Shown here: positions 11,662-25,864 of the stretch, piece by piece
How the letters are laid out: the number at the start of each line of letters is the position of its first letter
Position numbering within the stretch: position 1 is the stretch's first letter
Notes under the pieces: model-generated
What the model was told of the DNA's origin: nothing
Databases searched by the model: none
The model's input: only the letters and a program-made list of their open reading frames with translations
Assembly: GCA_003344405.1 (NCBI GenBank)
Contig: NOWV01000020.1
Span: 372,001-436,000, forward strand
Length of the DNA stretch: 64,000 bases
Source of the DNA: Trichoplax sp. H2
Lineage: Eukaryota
Reading direction: 5' to 3'
Position numbers and translations under genes: made by a program

Positions 11662-14600
11662 TTATAAACAGCAAGATCCTTTTCTTGCTGTATCGCTTGC
11701 ATTTTCCTCAGTATTTAGCCGTACAAAACTTCGAGCACGATATAGATCTAATTTTTTACGTTTCAGACCATCCATTTGTCGTTGCATCAGGTGTCTGATG
11801 AAATAAGGTTAATAAAGTAAGGTATAAGCAAAATAATGATATAGAAAAAACCCTGAAATTAATGCAAAATTAAATTTGACATTACCGAACTAACTGATGA
11901 AAGCTTTCTTCAACACTTTCGCCAGTTTTAGCACTACACTCTGTAAACATGGCGTCATGAAGCTAAAATAAGATTAGATATAGAGAAATTGGTAAAAAAT
12001 TGGACCCATAAATTATTCGAAATTTTATGATTATAGTCGGTACTTAAAAGAGATACTTGAAACTTCTAAAGCAACAGTAGATCTATCTTATGTAACTCTA
12101 AAATTAATAGAGATCTTATAACTATAATTGGTACCGGCACTTAAAGAAACAATTGAAATTTATAAAGCAGCAGTAGATCTATCTTTATCCACTAAAATAT
12201 TTAAATTTATATACAATGACTCAGCTCATTTATTTTCTATACATCGTTGTTATTTTACCATAGCTAAACGTGAGCCGGTGTCAGATTTGATTTCTCTTTG
12301 ATCTTGTAAATCCAATTTGTTACCGGTAATCATAATTAATACGTTCTCACTAGCGTTATCCTGCATTAAATTTGATATAGAAAACAGGCTAAAAACGTTA
12401 CTATTTGTATAGTTGGTACAATTTTAAGTAATATACTAAAATTTTGGTGTAGAAGTCTAGACTAAATATCCTTAAGATGATGAAATTACCCGCGACGAGT
12501 TTTCTACTAGTAACTAGAAGTGCAACTCAAATTCGTAGCTAATTGATGCTATGTTAAGGGCTAGTAAAACAATTTTATGCTATATCAGCTTAAGTTTCAC
12601 ATGTACCTTAATGTCTGCAATCCATCCTTGTATATTGGCAAAAGATTCTTGTCGTGTAATATCGTAGAGTAAAAGAATTCCATTAGCATCCCGGTAATAT
12701 GATTGCGGAAGACTACGAAATCTATATTGAAATAAAATTAGAAGAATTCTTTAAGCTTTTTTTGCTCTTGATGTTCGATAGATTAACTTAAAATTGGAGT
12801 TTAAATTTATCATACGCGAGATTGCCAAAGTCTCTATTACAATTGTAAGCTAATTATATTTGAAGAATTTTCGAAAAATCAGTTTCAATATGAGTACCTT
12901 TCTTGGCCGACAGTATCCCATACTTGCAATGAAACCGGCGTATCATCAACCATGACAGTAGACATTTCAAATCCAATATCTTGGGTTAACATAGGCATAA
13001 TGAAAAGAGTATCAGTTTAGAATTTACGTTATCGTATCATGCAGTAAACAGAATGATTATCTCAGACTTTATATCATTCCTATTAAGCTAGCTATGGCGA
13101 TAAACTAAAGTCGCAGTAATAACCTAGTGTAACTCGATGGTCCTCAACAAAGTCATCGTAGCAAAATCGATGAATAAAACTGGTCTTGCCAACTCCAGAG
13201 TCTCCAACAAGGACAATTTTAAAGACATTTAAAGTTTTCTTCTGCAAATATATCGAATAAATAGAAGTAGATGATTAGAAGTAGATCTACTTGTACCAAT
13301 ATTGTCTAGCAATGAGTATCACTGATGTCAACAGATTATTATTATAAAGGACTCCGAGAATTCTGAAGCGTGGAATTACTTTATGATTATAATATTAGTA
13401 TTAACTATACTTAAGCTATTCAAAATTTCTTACCTTTAATGACATTTTTCGAAACGTTGCCTTTTTAGCAGGCTTAATATCCGAGACTGTATTATTCTAG
13501 AATATCGTTTAAGGTAGTAAAAATAGAAATAGTAATCAAGCATTATCCACCTTGAGAAGGACAAGGAGCTGGTAGCAAAGTATGAGATATAGTATCACCA
13601 ATGGGGAATGTAAGTTGGATAATGCTAAATCTTATACATTACCTTATCCTTATCCTGGATCACTAGGCTTTCCATTTGACCATTATGGTTACTCTCATTG
13701 CTATATAGAATAAGAAATATCGTGTTTAAAAGTCCGAATATTTTAAAATTAGAGACGAATTACTACAAGTAATTATAAGCAATAACTAAGATTGTTTTAT
13801 GTCAGGGACTTCTAAGAGAATTGCCTCTTAGATGTACCCGTTTATGCTATATACTTTAGACTAACCTGTTATATTTGATTTGTTCTGATTCTGCTGCCAT
13901 CAATCGATTCAGATTGCCGCTACCATTACTATTCATAGCTAGCATGCTTTGTAGGGATTCATTTAGCTGCGGACAAACGACAAAATGGTCAATGATGTCT
14001 AATCGTTAAAGTATACTAAGACAAGAAGGCATTATCTACTTCATCTTAATATGAGTTTTACATGGGTTTAGATGGATAAGTTTGGGAAGAACAGAGAGTT
14101 ATTTGCTCATAAAGGTCAACTTTTATACTTTACTATAAATGTAATGTTTACAGGGAAATTATCTTATTATCCTTGTTGTATAGATATATTTTATACAGAG
14201 TAATGCTGTCCTAATTGTACATTAAAGTCTTTGTTAATTCTCAATTTAGATACTACTATATAATTTCATAACTATACCGCCATTAAATGATATAGATATG
14301 AGTACTCACTTGTAGAAGAGCTTCATTTTCATTTCGGACTTCTATTTCTGATCTTTTAATCATTTTTAATAACTTATTTAACTATAATAAAATCCCAAAC
14401 AAATGATTAATAAAGGTTGTAATAGGATTTATAATTCGAACTAGAATCGTCTAAGCTCGTAAACTGTACACTCACTTAGATACAAGTGAAATGAACTGAA
14501 GTAGTAATTAACATGGCTATTATTTTGCTATAGTTTATTCACTATTTACCTCTTGATTCCTTTCGTCCATGAAGGCCTTCTCCTTTTCATATTCGGTAAC

Positions 14601-17600
14601 CTTTGCTTCGAGCTGTGATAATAGGAAAAATATCATTAGCATTAAGAGTTGCATATTCCCTTCTTATATCATTCAGAGTAATGTCTGCTATATCAACGTT
14701 AATCTAGTATAATAAGATGTAGGAGGACGATAGAATAGCTAAAAATTGAAAATATTCCAATATCTTTCGTACCTCATGTTTCTCATGAAGTAATAGATTA
14801 AGTTGTTGATTTATATCCATTAAATTAAAGGAGCGATCGCTAATTATCGAAGGCTGATTAGGAACTTGATCGGAAACGCCATCAACGTCTATCCCCATCT
14901 AACATGCAATAGATTAAATGATAATTAATTTCGAGACCAACACGAAGTTATCGGTCGCGGCTGCTACCGTAGAATTTTTTCTGACTATAGTATCTTATTT
15001 CTATGCACTACCCAATGCTAAGTAAGGCAAGAGATTTAAAATTAAATAAGAAGTCCTAGAGGACAGCGCAAGAGGCGGTTATGCTACATATATGATATCT
15101 TTTCCAGATAGTCATTTCTGTAATTTCTTGCTATTGACTACCGTATCTGATGCTTCATGGAGTAGATGATTTCAAAGTTGACTAAGAAAGTCCTTATCAT
15201 CATAAACATAGTGATTACCCTCATTTCTGTTTTTACTATATAGACTGTATTGATGAATATCGGATTCTTTATATTGCTACAGGAAGAGTATACCCATACT
15301 TAAGGATTAAAGATTAACTAAGAAAGGTAAAAAATATAACGGCATAGATTGTGTCTATTGATATCTCTCCTAAAGGCAAAAGCTAAATTTTCCATCAATT
15401 ATCAAATAGCTAATAAATAAAAATGACTTCAGATGAATCAGTAACTTAACAAATAGCTAAAATTATCGTAGCTAATTTTTATATTGATCGTCAGTTGCTA
15501 TGCTACTATTGATGATGAAATCGAGAAAATCAGCATAAAATTGCCATTCGATATCTATTTTTACACGCTAACCGTTCCTTTTTTCATAATGTATTAGTAA
15601 GATCATTTTTAATTAAGTATTATTTAACAAATACTGAATATCTACTTACTGACTGATCTTGGTCTTCCTTAATACTTTCCTCAACAACTTCGATAATATG
15701 GATCAAATGATCAAGCTCCTCTTGACTTGATCGTCAATGGATATAAATAAAGTAGAACAGGAATAAACAATTCTCTTAATATCATTAAAAACAAAGCAAT
15801 AGTTCTTCTACTCTAGAGAACTAGTTCATACTCAAACCGTTGAATGCGCGTGATTACAAAACATAACTCATTAATATTGTTACTAATTCAATTAGTTTTT
15901 TATTAGCATAAGTCAATATTGCCAGCTACGATCACCTTTACGATATTGGAATGCTGTACATAGCATTCTATATCTTATATTAGAGTTGCAAAATAATTTA
16001 TTTTCAATGCTATCGAATGTAGTAATTTCTCCGCTATACCTGCCAGGTTGGACACCAATCTTTTTTTGCTTTTCGTAATATTGATTACAGACTTGTTTTA
16101 ATGCTTTTTCAAATTGCGGTAGTAATGAAGGTTTCTTTTCATAAATTTCGTAATATCTTAAAATTAGCTTGGACAGTATACCTTCGTAGCTATAAATAAA
16201 ATTATAAAGAAAGACTTATATTGTTATAATTCAAACTCTTCATTTTACTCTGTAGTTTATTTATCAAGCTAATCTAAACATGGTCCAATTTTATTAGAAT
16301 GGAATACTAATAATATTCAGCAAGCCATTATTATACAATTACAACGTTGTACTCTATCCCTTTGAAGTATTAACAAAAATGATTTTAGAGATAGCGTGAA
16401 TGCAAAAATGTTATTATAATCATGGTAATAAGGCATAATGTACTTGGATAAACCGCAACATGAGTTATAATCATGGTCTAGCATGAGCTGATTTTTTTTA
16501 CTTGTCTATTTAGATGTTTCCGATTGATGATATCCTCGATTTACATGTTATGATTACAATCGTATTACATGTCTAGTTAGGGGATAAGCGGCATTCAATG
16601 ATTTCATGTATCCTAATTTAACTTTGCCGAGGACTATATTAATCATCGTTATCGTAAATAACAAAGCATAATTCTAATAGCTACAGTTGTATCAACAGTC
16701 GCTTTATTTGAAGAAGAAATGACCATGACCTGTTCTTAATAAATGGACTAAATTATAGGATAATGCTATTAAATTGCTACATCATCAAATTGATTGCTGT
16801 TTCTATGTACATAATCTTGCATGGAAAATTAATATTTTTGCTATATATAGTAGAGATCTACAGTCATGAATAGAATACATGTTATAATTCAGTTAATACG
16901 TATATATGTCAAGCTACACTCGTTTTGTGCCAAATTGAATTGTTTTCTTGTCTCCATGCGCTCAGTAATATAAGTCAAAAAATAGATAGTAAAATAGGTA
17001 GTGTTCAAATTGAGTTCACATCTGATAAAATGTAGGTAGAAAGAATAGGATGAAATATCACATAATTCCTTTTTGACAGATGAATTTCTGGTTAGTAAAT
17101 TTAAATTAAGAAAAAAGAACAATTCTTCTTTCTCGTGTAGCAATTAATAAGATTCGAAAAAATAAATACTAATTATTCTACGATGATTCAAAAACAAACT
17201 GTATCAGCTTATACATATTAATTAGGAATGATAACTAATGAAATCACTGTCAATATTAGCAAGCTCTTCGAAGAAAAGGTGTTTAGTTTTACATTTAAAG
17301 GATAATGAGCAAGATGGGATAATTAGCACGTCATGTACTTTCTATCACCTGATAACTAGCATAGAGTCATGGGTAAATAGTGACTTAAACTTGGACAAAT
17401 TTATGATTGTGATAGGCAATTCATTACGGCATAAATCAGACAAATGTACCTATTTCCGGTTAAAAGAATAGTAAAAAGGTTTAAATAGGTAGTTACAGTA
17501 AAGAATAATAAAGAAGAGAATTTTAAGATGGGTTATCTTAGCCAGGGACCACTAGAAGGTTTGCCTCTACTAATTTACGTTTTAGCCCATACTTATACAA

Positions 17601-20600
17601 ATTTAGTAAAATTGTTTATAATATTAGTCATCGGCTCGTAATTAACTATAGGATATGGATAACAAGTAATTGTTACGAAATTTTAGTAACGTTTGGCGTA
17701 AGATAGTAATAATATCGATAAAACCTGTCTACTTTGCGTTATTATTTATACTATCACATTATAATATTAGTCATCAGCTCGTAGTTAGCTATGGAATATG
17801 GATAACTTGTAATTGCTATGAAATTTTAATAACCTTGGTGCAAGTTATTAATAATATCAGTAAAGTATGTCTATTTTGCATAATTAATTATACCATCAAC
17901 ATTATAATGTTAGTCATTGGCTCGTAGTTAGCTGTGGGATGTGGATAACATGTTATAAATATTTTATAACAGCGGTGTAACTTAGTAATAATATCGATAA
18001 GAATACGCCTATATAGCATTATCTTTTATACTATCACATTACAACATTAGCTATTAGCTCATAGTTAGCTATGGAATATGGATAAGAAGTAATAGTTATG
18101 AAATTTTAATAGCTGTGGTGTAAGTTAGTAGTAATATCAATAAAATCATGTTATTTTGAATTGTTATTTATACGGTCATACTAAAGTAAAGTAGTAAGGA
18201 ATATCAGTTGATTACTACTCTATCAAAATATTATTATGATAGATATTCTTTAGAGCTACAGCGCAGCCATAATTAATAACTATTTCTTATTCGATAGAAG
18301 TACAAAACTCTCTCTCTCTAGGAATATAAGTCTATCTCTACTCTATCTAAAAACACAATTACTAGCACAATGCCGTATTTCAGATCATAATTTTTTTATT
18401 GATCTGTTAAACATAAGTATGCAGACATAGATCAGAATCTATGAATATTTTAGGCACTATTGGCTGCCTACTTGTATAATGTGATTATAAGGAAATTATT
18501 GTCCGCTAAATTTTGTAAGTAAGGAGAAAAACAATTCAATCTTTTATGATGATGTTCAAGCAGATGATGTCAATGGTTGAAAAAATGATATCGAGACCTT
18601 TACTGTATCACTATGCTAAATAAAATTCTACCCAACTTATTTCTATAGTCAACAGGCAACCTGAATACCCTCTTACTCACTAGTAAAGACTAATCGCTTT
18701 GCCAAACTTGGTTTTTGTGAAGCTAAACCTATTTCATGGTGTATTTTTAAAGTAATATTTCAGCGGCAACATTTATTGAGTCGTATTTAGATTCATTATA
18801 CCTTCAATTTTTTATTGATTTCATACAGGATAATGATAATTCACGTTGCGAGCTGTTTATTTTTAAACCCTTCTAAGCGATTAGATGGGAGTAAAATCGT
18901 TACTTTACAGCATAAAGTAAGATTTGTAATGGCAGCAAAATTTCTGATTGGATTTTATACGTAGATCAGAAAACGACAAAATGATTTATTTCATTGAGGC
19001 TGTATTCTGTTACTATAGGTTAAAAACTGTAACTTGTAAACATTTCTAGGCAGCTAGATGGAATGGAATACCTAAATTATAGTGTAGTAAGATCTATTCG
19101 CAGTAAAAATTTCTGAATAAGTTTTAAACGTACACTGAAAGACAGTAAGATATTTCACGTGGTAGCATCCTACTACTACGCGTTGCATCCCGTTATTTGG
19201 AGATACTTCTAAGCAGCTGGATGGAGTAGAATAACTACTGATACTCCCTAAAGTTATAAAAGCACAATTATTCAAGGGTAATTTTATGAACGAGAATGGA
19301 GTAATTTTATAATACGATATCATAGGAGATAGCCTTACATGCCTGCTGAAAATGGTGAAGAAGAATCATTTTGATCAAGGTTGGAAGTACAACCTTGTTA
19401 TTGTATCTTGATCCTTAGCACAACTAGACTAGATCTGAAGTGGAGTAGATAAACTATTTTTAATAGTTAACCTAATGCAGATAAGAATACTTTTAAAGCT
19501 TTTATTTGTTATTACCCTCTATCTCTTGGATCAACTATGGGTGAATAAGATGTGATATCTTTCATATATCTGAATCTTAGACTTGGTTAATATTAGTATA
19601 GTAATACACAACAATATCCAATTAATGAATAGAAAAAGAGGATAACTTTGGTCCACACGACGTCTTACTGAATTGCTTCTTCTCCCTCAGAGCTACTTGT
19701 ATGCATTATAATGGCTACCTTCGCTGGTCAATGACTCGAAAGTTATAGAATGGATCGTGTACTATAATACTCGTATATGAGTAATCCATGTTGCGCTCTT
19801 TTATGTCCCCCTTTTGTAACAAAGCAAGTCAATAATTTTTTTTATGTCGTATTTGATTGCATATTGAATTTAGGAGTAATGTTACAAGCTTGAATAATAA
19901 CCAAAGGCCCAGCAGGCCTTTTGAAAATGACGACATGTGTTCTTGTATAACTTAAGTATAGAAGGTGGACATTGGATTGAACTTATTCTTACAGCGGGTT
20001 TCAAATCAAAATTTGATAAACTTTAGTGTAAAGTTTCCTATTGGAATACGGAAATCCTTCTGTATAAAGGAGTTTAACATTCGATATCGCCTGTAAGTAA
20101 CCATTCTGCAAGTAATTTGAATCACTTTACTGGTAATTCTAGCAGCGTTAGTCATTTATAACCGGTAAAATTAAAGGTCAGTGGAATTAAGATTAGCGTT
20201 AATAATAGAAAGAGCCAGCAGTGATCTAGATGTAATTATTTTCGGTTTAGTTTGGTAGTCCTTTCCTCTAGTATCGTTGGTGCCTATTTAGCTAAACGAG
20301 CGTAATAAGTAGGAGAGATAGAGATACTCTAATTGGGCTTAAAAAGGACTGATGAGAGGCTTCTTAAATTGGGCACTAAAAGCCAGTCTACGTATTCAAA
20401 TCATTGGAAATATCATGTTTATTAATGTGCTATATTAAATTTATGATCGAAGTGATAACACAGCACGAAGTGATAACTGAAAATGCCTGAGTAGCATTCT
20501 ATATTAGTATACTATGGATAGTCCAATGATCACAGAGATGTTGTATTCGACATCGATGAGGAATAAGGGTGGAAAAATCTTTATACCTTGCCATTAAGGC

Positions 20601-22386
20601 AAATGATGGATTATAATCAAATTTTAGCTGTCGTCGACAGCGTTCAATGGCTATCACGGGGATAACATGACCTAATCTCACTCTAGTGGTCTGAGCAATT
20701 CATCACCTAATCAGGGTAGCCATTGAACGTCGAATTGTCAATGCAGTATAACATCGTTAAGGAAGGATCTTTTCACTTGCTATGGAGAATATAAAATGAA
20801 ATAGAGATCCTCACATTGGATTAACAGGGGGACTGGTAGGTATAGCTTTTATGTTGTCGGCGACAAAGTAACAAGCAAAGGTACTATAGGCTGAAAAAAT
20901 TTTGAAAAAATTTTGAAATAGAAAATAAATGTTCTCATTGTTTTCCCCGGTGTCGGTATATAAATTTCTCGATTGGCTAATAAATACTTTATCGAATAGG
21001 TAAAATTTAGGCTAGTGTTTGAAAAGGGGAAAATAACGTCGTAAAATGATCATTTAATATCAACATTATCAATCTTGAGTAAAACCTGATATGAAATAAG
21101 AGCTTAATCGCCTACTAATACTTGTCAAATAGGTAAGCTAGTTTTTAGAAAGATGAAAACATAATTAGATAGGCTAATTTTTGAGAAAGAGTGGAGTAAA
21201 ATAAAATAAGCTACTTTTCAGAGAGGTTAAAATAAAATTAAATATCCTGGTTTCCGGAAAGAGTAGAATAAAATAGATAAGCTAGTATTTAGAAAGATTA
21301 AATAAGATTAAATATACCGGATTTAGCCAAGAGTAGATTAAAGGCTTAAAAATATTAGCTAATATTATCATGGTCATTTCAGAGTCGATTCTTTAATTTA
21401 ATTCTATTATCTAATATTAAAGGAGAATCTCTGGATCGCAAAATAAATACTTTATCAAATAGGTAAACCAGTTTTGAAAAGAGTAGAATCAAGACTTGAT
21501 AGAGATTGGCTAATATCATCATGGCCAATCTTGGGTAAACTTGTTAACTCTATTATCTAATATTAAACAAAAACTTTTGCATCGTCTAATAAATACTTTA
21601 TCGAAAATAGGTAAGATTTAGGTTACGGTAGTTTTTAGAAAGAGTAGAACTACGACTTGAAAAAAGATCGTTTAATTAGTATCATTACGGGCAATCTTGA
21701 GTAGATTCGTTCATTTTCTGTTATTGAATATGAAACACGAACATCTGGATAGTCTAAAATATACTCCATCAAGTGGTTAAGATTTAAGTTCGTTTTTAGA
21801 AAGAGTGGAATAAAGAGTTGCAAAAAAATAATGACTAATATCATCGTGGCCAATCTTGAGTAAACTCGTTAATTCTATTATCCAATATGAAACAAAAAAC
21901 TTGCAGTATGGAGAATAATAATGAACAGCACTTGCATAAACATGGCTAGAATTCTCATTCTATTCTTTTTCATTCGACCCATGTTAGTTAATTAATCTTT
22001 AGCCACCCCAAAAATAAATTGTTGTCGATCGGTCTTATTCATAAATAACTAGATTAAAGTGTCAAACAATTTCAAGTCGGTTAAGGAAATGATGTAACTT
22101 ACCCTCGAAATAAGTCTATCAATTGTAATTTAATAATGTTTTCTTCAATTTCAACCGGTAATAAGATTTCTTCTTTAGCATCATCGTCGTCCAAACTATT
22201 GGGCCGATTTTGTCCATTTAATATACTACTTGATCCAGTATTGCTATCACCACTGATGTCATTGAGTGATGAAAAATCGGATTGCATAAAATCATCTTCT
22301 AATCCAGTACTAGATCGAACAACAACTCGTTTCTTCTTGGACCTTCCATCTACTGATCGCTGTTGAGTCTCTCCCGTTGTTTCCAT
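11662..22386 (-). CDS. RASEF/Rab45-family large Rab: N-terminal coiled coil + C-terminal Rab GTPase with CC prenylation motif (about 15 exons)
   Basis: Phase-compatible exons at about 22386-22103, 16189-16040, 15725-15650, 14898-14773, 14612-14550, 14381-14310, 13967-13866, 13700-13643, 13496-13434, 13241-13124, 12979-12898, 12721-12607, 12360-12259, 11962-11886 and 11794-11662. Motifs: FKIVLVGDSGVGKTSF, WDTVGQERFRSL..SYYRDANG.LLLYDIT, GNKLD, ECSAKTG, C-terminal GSCCL*. Linking exon 1 across a 5.9-kb intron rests on phase match only. Confidence 0.85.
12025..12190. repeat. About 95 bp intronic duplication
   Basis: cggtacttaaaagagatacttgaaacttctaaagcaacagtagatctatct versus cggcacttaaagaaacaattgaaatttataaagcagcagtagatctatct. 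Confidence 0.8.
17621..18180. repeat. Intronic tandem array, about 140 bp unit, 4 copies
   Basis: atattagtcat.ggctcgtagttagctatggaatatggataac at about 17621, 17764, 17907 and 18044. Confidence 0.9.
20522..20820. repeat. Degenerate inverted repeat / foldback (about 300 bp)
   Basis: Perfect 13-bp inner arms cgttcaatggcta (20641-20653) / tagccattgaacg (20717-20729). Outer imperfect matches: gtggaaaaatct / gatcttttcac and tccaatg / cattgga. Confidence 0.6.
20979..21900. repeat. Compound intronic tandem array (about 140-190 bp unit with about 40-bp sub-repeats)
   Basis: aatactttatc.aataggtaa at about 20984, 21117, 21446 and 21592; atcatggccaatcttgagtaaac and gctagtttttagaaagagtag recur. Confidence 0.8.
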
Positions 22387-23589
22387 CAAATTTTAAAATT
22401 GGAGGTAATTATAATGGAATCGGAAAAACTGAATAGATTACTATCTTGATCCATGAGGGGAAAAAGAAAGAAAATATAGTCATCTCTTTTGTCCAATGGA
22501 GAAAATATTGACAACATGCGAGTATTTTCAAGAAAGAAGAAATAATCCTTAACACTTACCCGTTCTTAACGAATGAATTACAATCCAACTTGCAAAAAAT
22601 TTTACTTATACTCTATTTTCAATCAATCTATACGATGGCGCCTAGCTTACATCGAATAAGCCATCGATGGTGGTTGAAGAAAATCAATATTTCGTAGCTC
22701 GTCTTAATTAAATTGATTGGTTAGGCAATTTTTAGATAGGAAATATTATTCTTTGTCCAGTCCAAGCCAATAATTCTGTTTTCTTGTTATGAAGTAAAAT
22801 AATCCACACCGCGTGTAATCGAACTTCCGTCGTTGTAGGCTTAGAATGACTCTCTTATAAAGATATTAATCGATACAGATCCAATTTAATATAGAATCAT
22901 TTAGAATTCAACTAGATCTGACTTGCTTGCCGAAAATAGACCGCAATAATCATTCTAGCCCAATCAACAATGAGTCAAATCAAGGCTGTTGTCGTCTGAA
23001 TGCTTGAAATCTTTACAGATTCCTCACGCTCTCTCTACCTTTCATAACGTCGTCCGACTGCTATGGAATCTCCTGCCGATTTTTATCAATAGTTTAGCTT
23101 TCAACATAAATTTAAATCTATCTTTCAACGTTAATGAATAACTTAGTAACAAGCTTTTGTTGTTTTACACACCTATTTGCTAAATGGATGATTAACGAAA
23201 CAATATGTGCATTCTTGTTCAGTAACAACAGCAAAGACAATAACTTATTGGCTAGTTTGTTAAGTGATAGTTCGCCACATTACAACATAGTTTATTAGCG
23301 CAAGTATGTATTTATTAGCCACTTTTCTATCGATAGTTATGAGTCATATTGCTGACGGTCCTGATGGATTGCAGAATCGAGATGTCGCGATCCTGGCGTT
23401 TTCCATCGGTTATTGACATAGCTTGATCTTATTGACTTTTTGTCGCTATCGTCAACAACTTGCCTATGATTGAGAGTTTGTTAGTATTCTTGGAGAATGG
23501 AAAGAAAAGAATAGAAACAGTTTTATTTGATAGCATGCTAACGGCTGTTGAATCAAAGACATCAAAAGTCTATAATATAAAAAATAGAT

Positions 23590-24560
23590 ATCGTTACCGA
23601 CTGCTACTGGCTGGGATCTATAATAAACGTTAATTAATTAACAGAGCTCATAACATGGCATTTTGGCAATGATAGAGAGGTCATCCATAGAATCCTTAAC
23701 TATAATATTTATTATTTATACGATTCGTTACCAGTTGCTATTATAGACTACTAGGGATCGAATAATAATAACAGAAATTAGAACAGCATTTGGCAATGAT
23801 GGAGAGGTCATCAATAGAACCCTTGACTACAATAGTATTTATTAGTCATATTATTGGTTTCTGTCATTACCTCCCAAAATTGATATCTTTACTAGTTGCT
23901 ATTGTAGGCTACGACTGGGATCTATTAATAACAGAACTCATAACATAGCATTTTGTAATGATGGAGAAGTTATCAATATAATGCTTGACAATAATAATAT
24001 TTTTAGTCATATCGTTTTCTGTTTTTACCCCAGATAATACCCTTGCTGGTTGCTACTGCAGACTGTTGCTTAGATCTGCTGATTGAAACAAAACTCGTAG
24101 CTGGGCATCTTTGTGATCGATTGCTACGGCAGACTACTGCTGGGATCTATTGGTTAACAAAAGTTATAACATGGCATTTAACAATCATAGAGAGGTTATC
24201 CTTAGAATTCTTGACCATAATATTTTAGTCCCACAGATTTTTATCATTATCCTCTAAAATTGATATCCTTCCCAATGGCTACGGCAGATTGCTACTGGGA
24301 TCGATTGATTAACAGAATTCGTAATATGGCATTTATGCAATCATGAAGAGAATATTGATGGAATTCTTAACTATAATATTTATTAATCATATAATATTCT
24401 GTTGTAACCTCTCTCCCCAAATTGATACCCCTACCGATTGCTACGGCAGACTACTACTGGGATCTATTGATTAACAGAACTCATAAAATGACATTTTTAC
24501 AATCATATAGTCAGAGATGGATTACGGAACACTAGTTGTCTAAAACATATTTGACTATAT
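23590..24560. repeat. Tandem array, about 135-180 bp unit, about 6 copies
   Basis: ctactgggatctatt.a.taacagaactcataacatggcatttt..caatgat.gagaggtcatc.atagaat.cttgactataatattt recurring. Confidence 0.9.
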
Positions 24561-25466
24561 TATTTATTATTCCTACAGCTTTCTGATGTATCTAATCCTC
24601 TCATTAATATATAAGTTATAAACACTAGTCCTAATAAGCAAACTTGGAGATACTATCTTATTCGGTGTCTGATAGAGTATCTTATTATGTCAGAGCCTAT
24701 CACATTATTGCCTCGTTTTTCAAGTTATATTATCTGTAGCTTTATTTTTACCGTATGTTATTTAACACTGGCATGATATCTTTTCTTCCTATGAAATGGC
24801 CTATGGCATTACTATTTCAATAGACAAGGAGAAATAGGATACTTAATACTATAATACTATTTACTATTTATGTAGTATCCATTTTTTGCCAGGATCTAAC
24901 CTATCATGTCACTGCCCCAATGTAAAAGTCATATTATCTTTGACTATTTATTCTACTATTTAAAACTCAAAATAATAAGAAATTCTACTGGCTAAAAGTC
25001 ACGAATTGACTTTTGCCTTCTAACACTTATCTTATTTTCGTTAGATAACATTCTATGGTATTTGTTAAGAATACTATTAAGATAAGTATTATCTATGGCG
25101 TTACACATTCTTTCATAGATCTATGCATAGTTTTATCACATTATCGATATACTGATAACTAATGGTCCAGTAGATTTACTATAGATTGACTAATTTTTCA
25201 TAAAGTTTGAGCTCAGCTTCGTCTAAGAGAGGCTAGCGGTGTTGCTGTTTCTCTTGATGATAGAACATCGTCAGTATTCAGACTCTTACCGTAGGTAAAT
25301 GAACGAAGGATAATCCTGACTGTAAGTGCGTTTTATTTACTATTCTTCCAAACACTATTATGCCATGAAAATCTACTAGCAACGTTATAGTTATATAGAT
25401 TACTACGTGGTTATGCATAACACTGTACTATAGGGGTGTAATATTATATTTTGTATCTTGCTTTAG

Positions 25467-25864
25467 TTGATCCAGTGAAGGATGATCTAGTGTATACTAG
25501 AACAATTATGATTGTACTTGGATGTGTTATTGCAGCTGTTTTCGGTAACATTTTTGCTGCAATATGTTGCAAAACTCGATCAAACAGAAGAGCTCCTGGA
25601 TATGGAGGCTTGCGTCGCTATTAAAAGAAAGAGTTAGAATGATTTAAATAATCTTGTGTATTACTATAAGTTAATCATAGCACTTAGATTAGTTACTCTT
25701 ACTTTTAATATAAGACAATTCCATTTCTCTTTCTAGCTTCTGAAGATTTCAATCAGCAATTGGATAGCCGATATATAAATAGTGACTACATACGAACTAG
25801 CAAAGTTGCACTTAGTTACAATGAAGTCACTCATTTAAATTGCATTGGAAATAGTAAAATTTAG
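25467..25864 (+). CDS. Putative exons of a small single-pass membrane protein (5' exons unresolved)
   Basis: After ctttag: DPVKDDLVYTRTIMIVLGCVIAAVFGNIFAAICCKTRSNRRAPGYG (TM helix, CC, basic stop-transfer). A possible next exon after ttctag (about 25737) reads SEDFNQQLDSRYINSDYIRTSKVALSYNEV...KI*, but it needs a GC donor. Confidence 0.4.

Noticed and set aside
160..24560. Tandem arrays as CRISPR arrays
   Set aside because: Whole units are degenerate copies with no unique spacers, there are no cas genes, and the context is eukaryotic.
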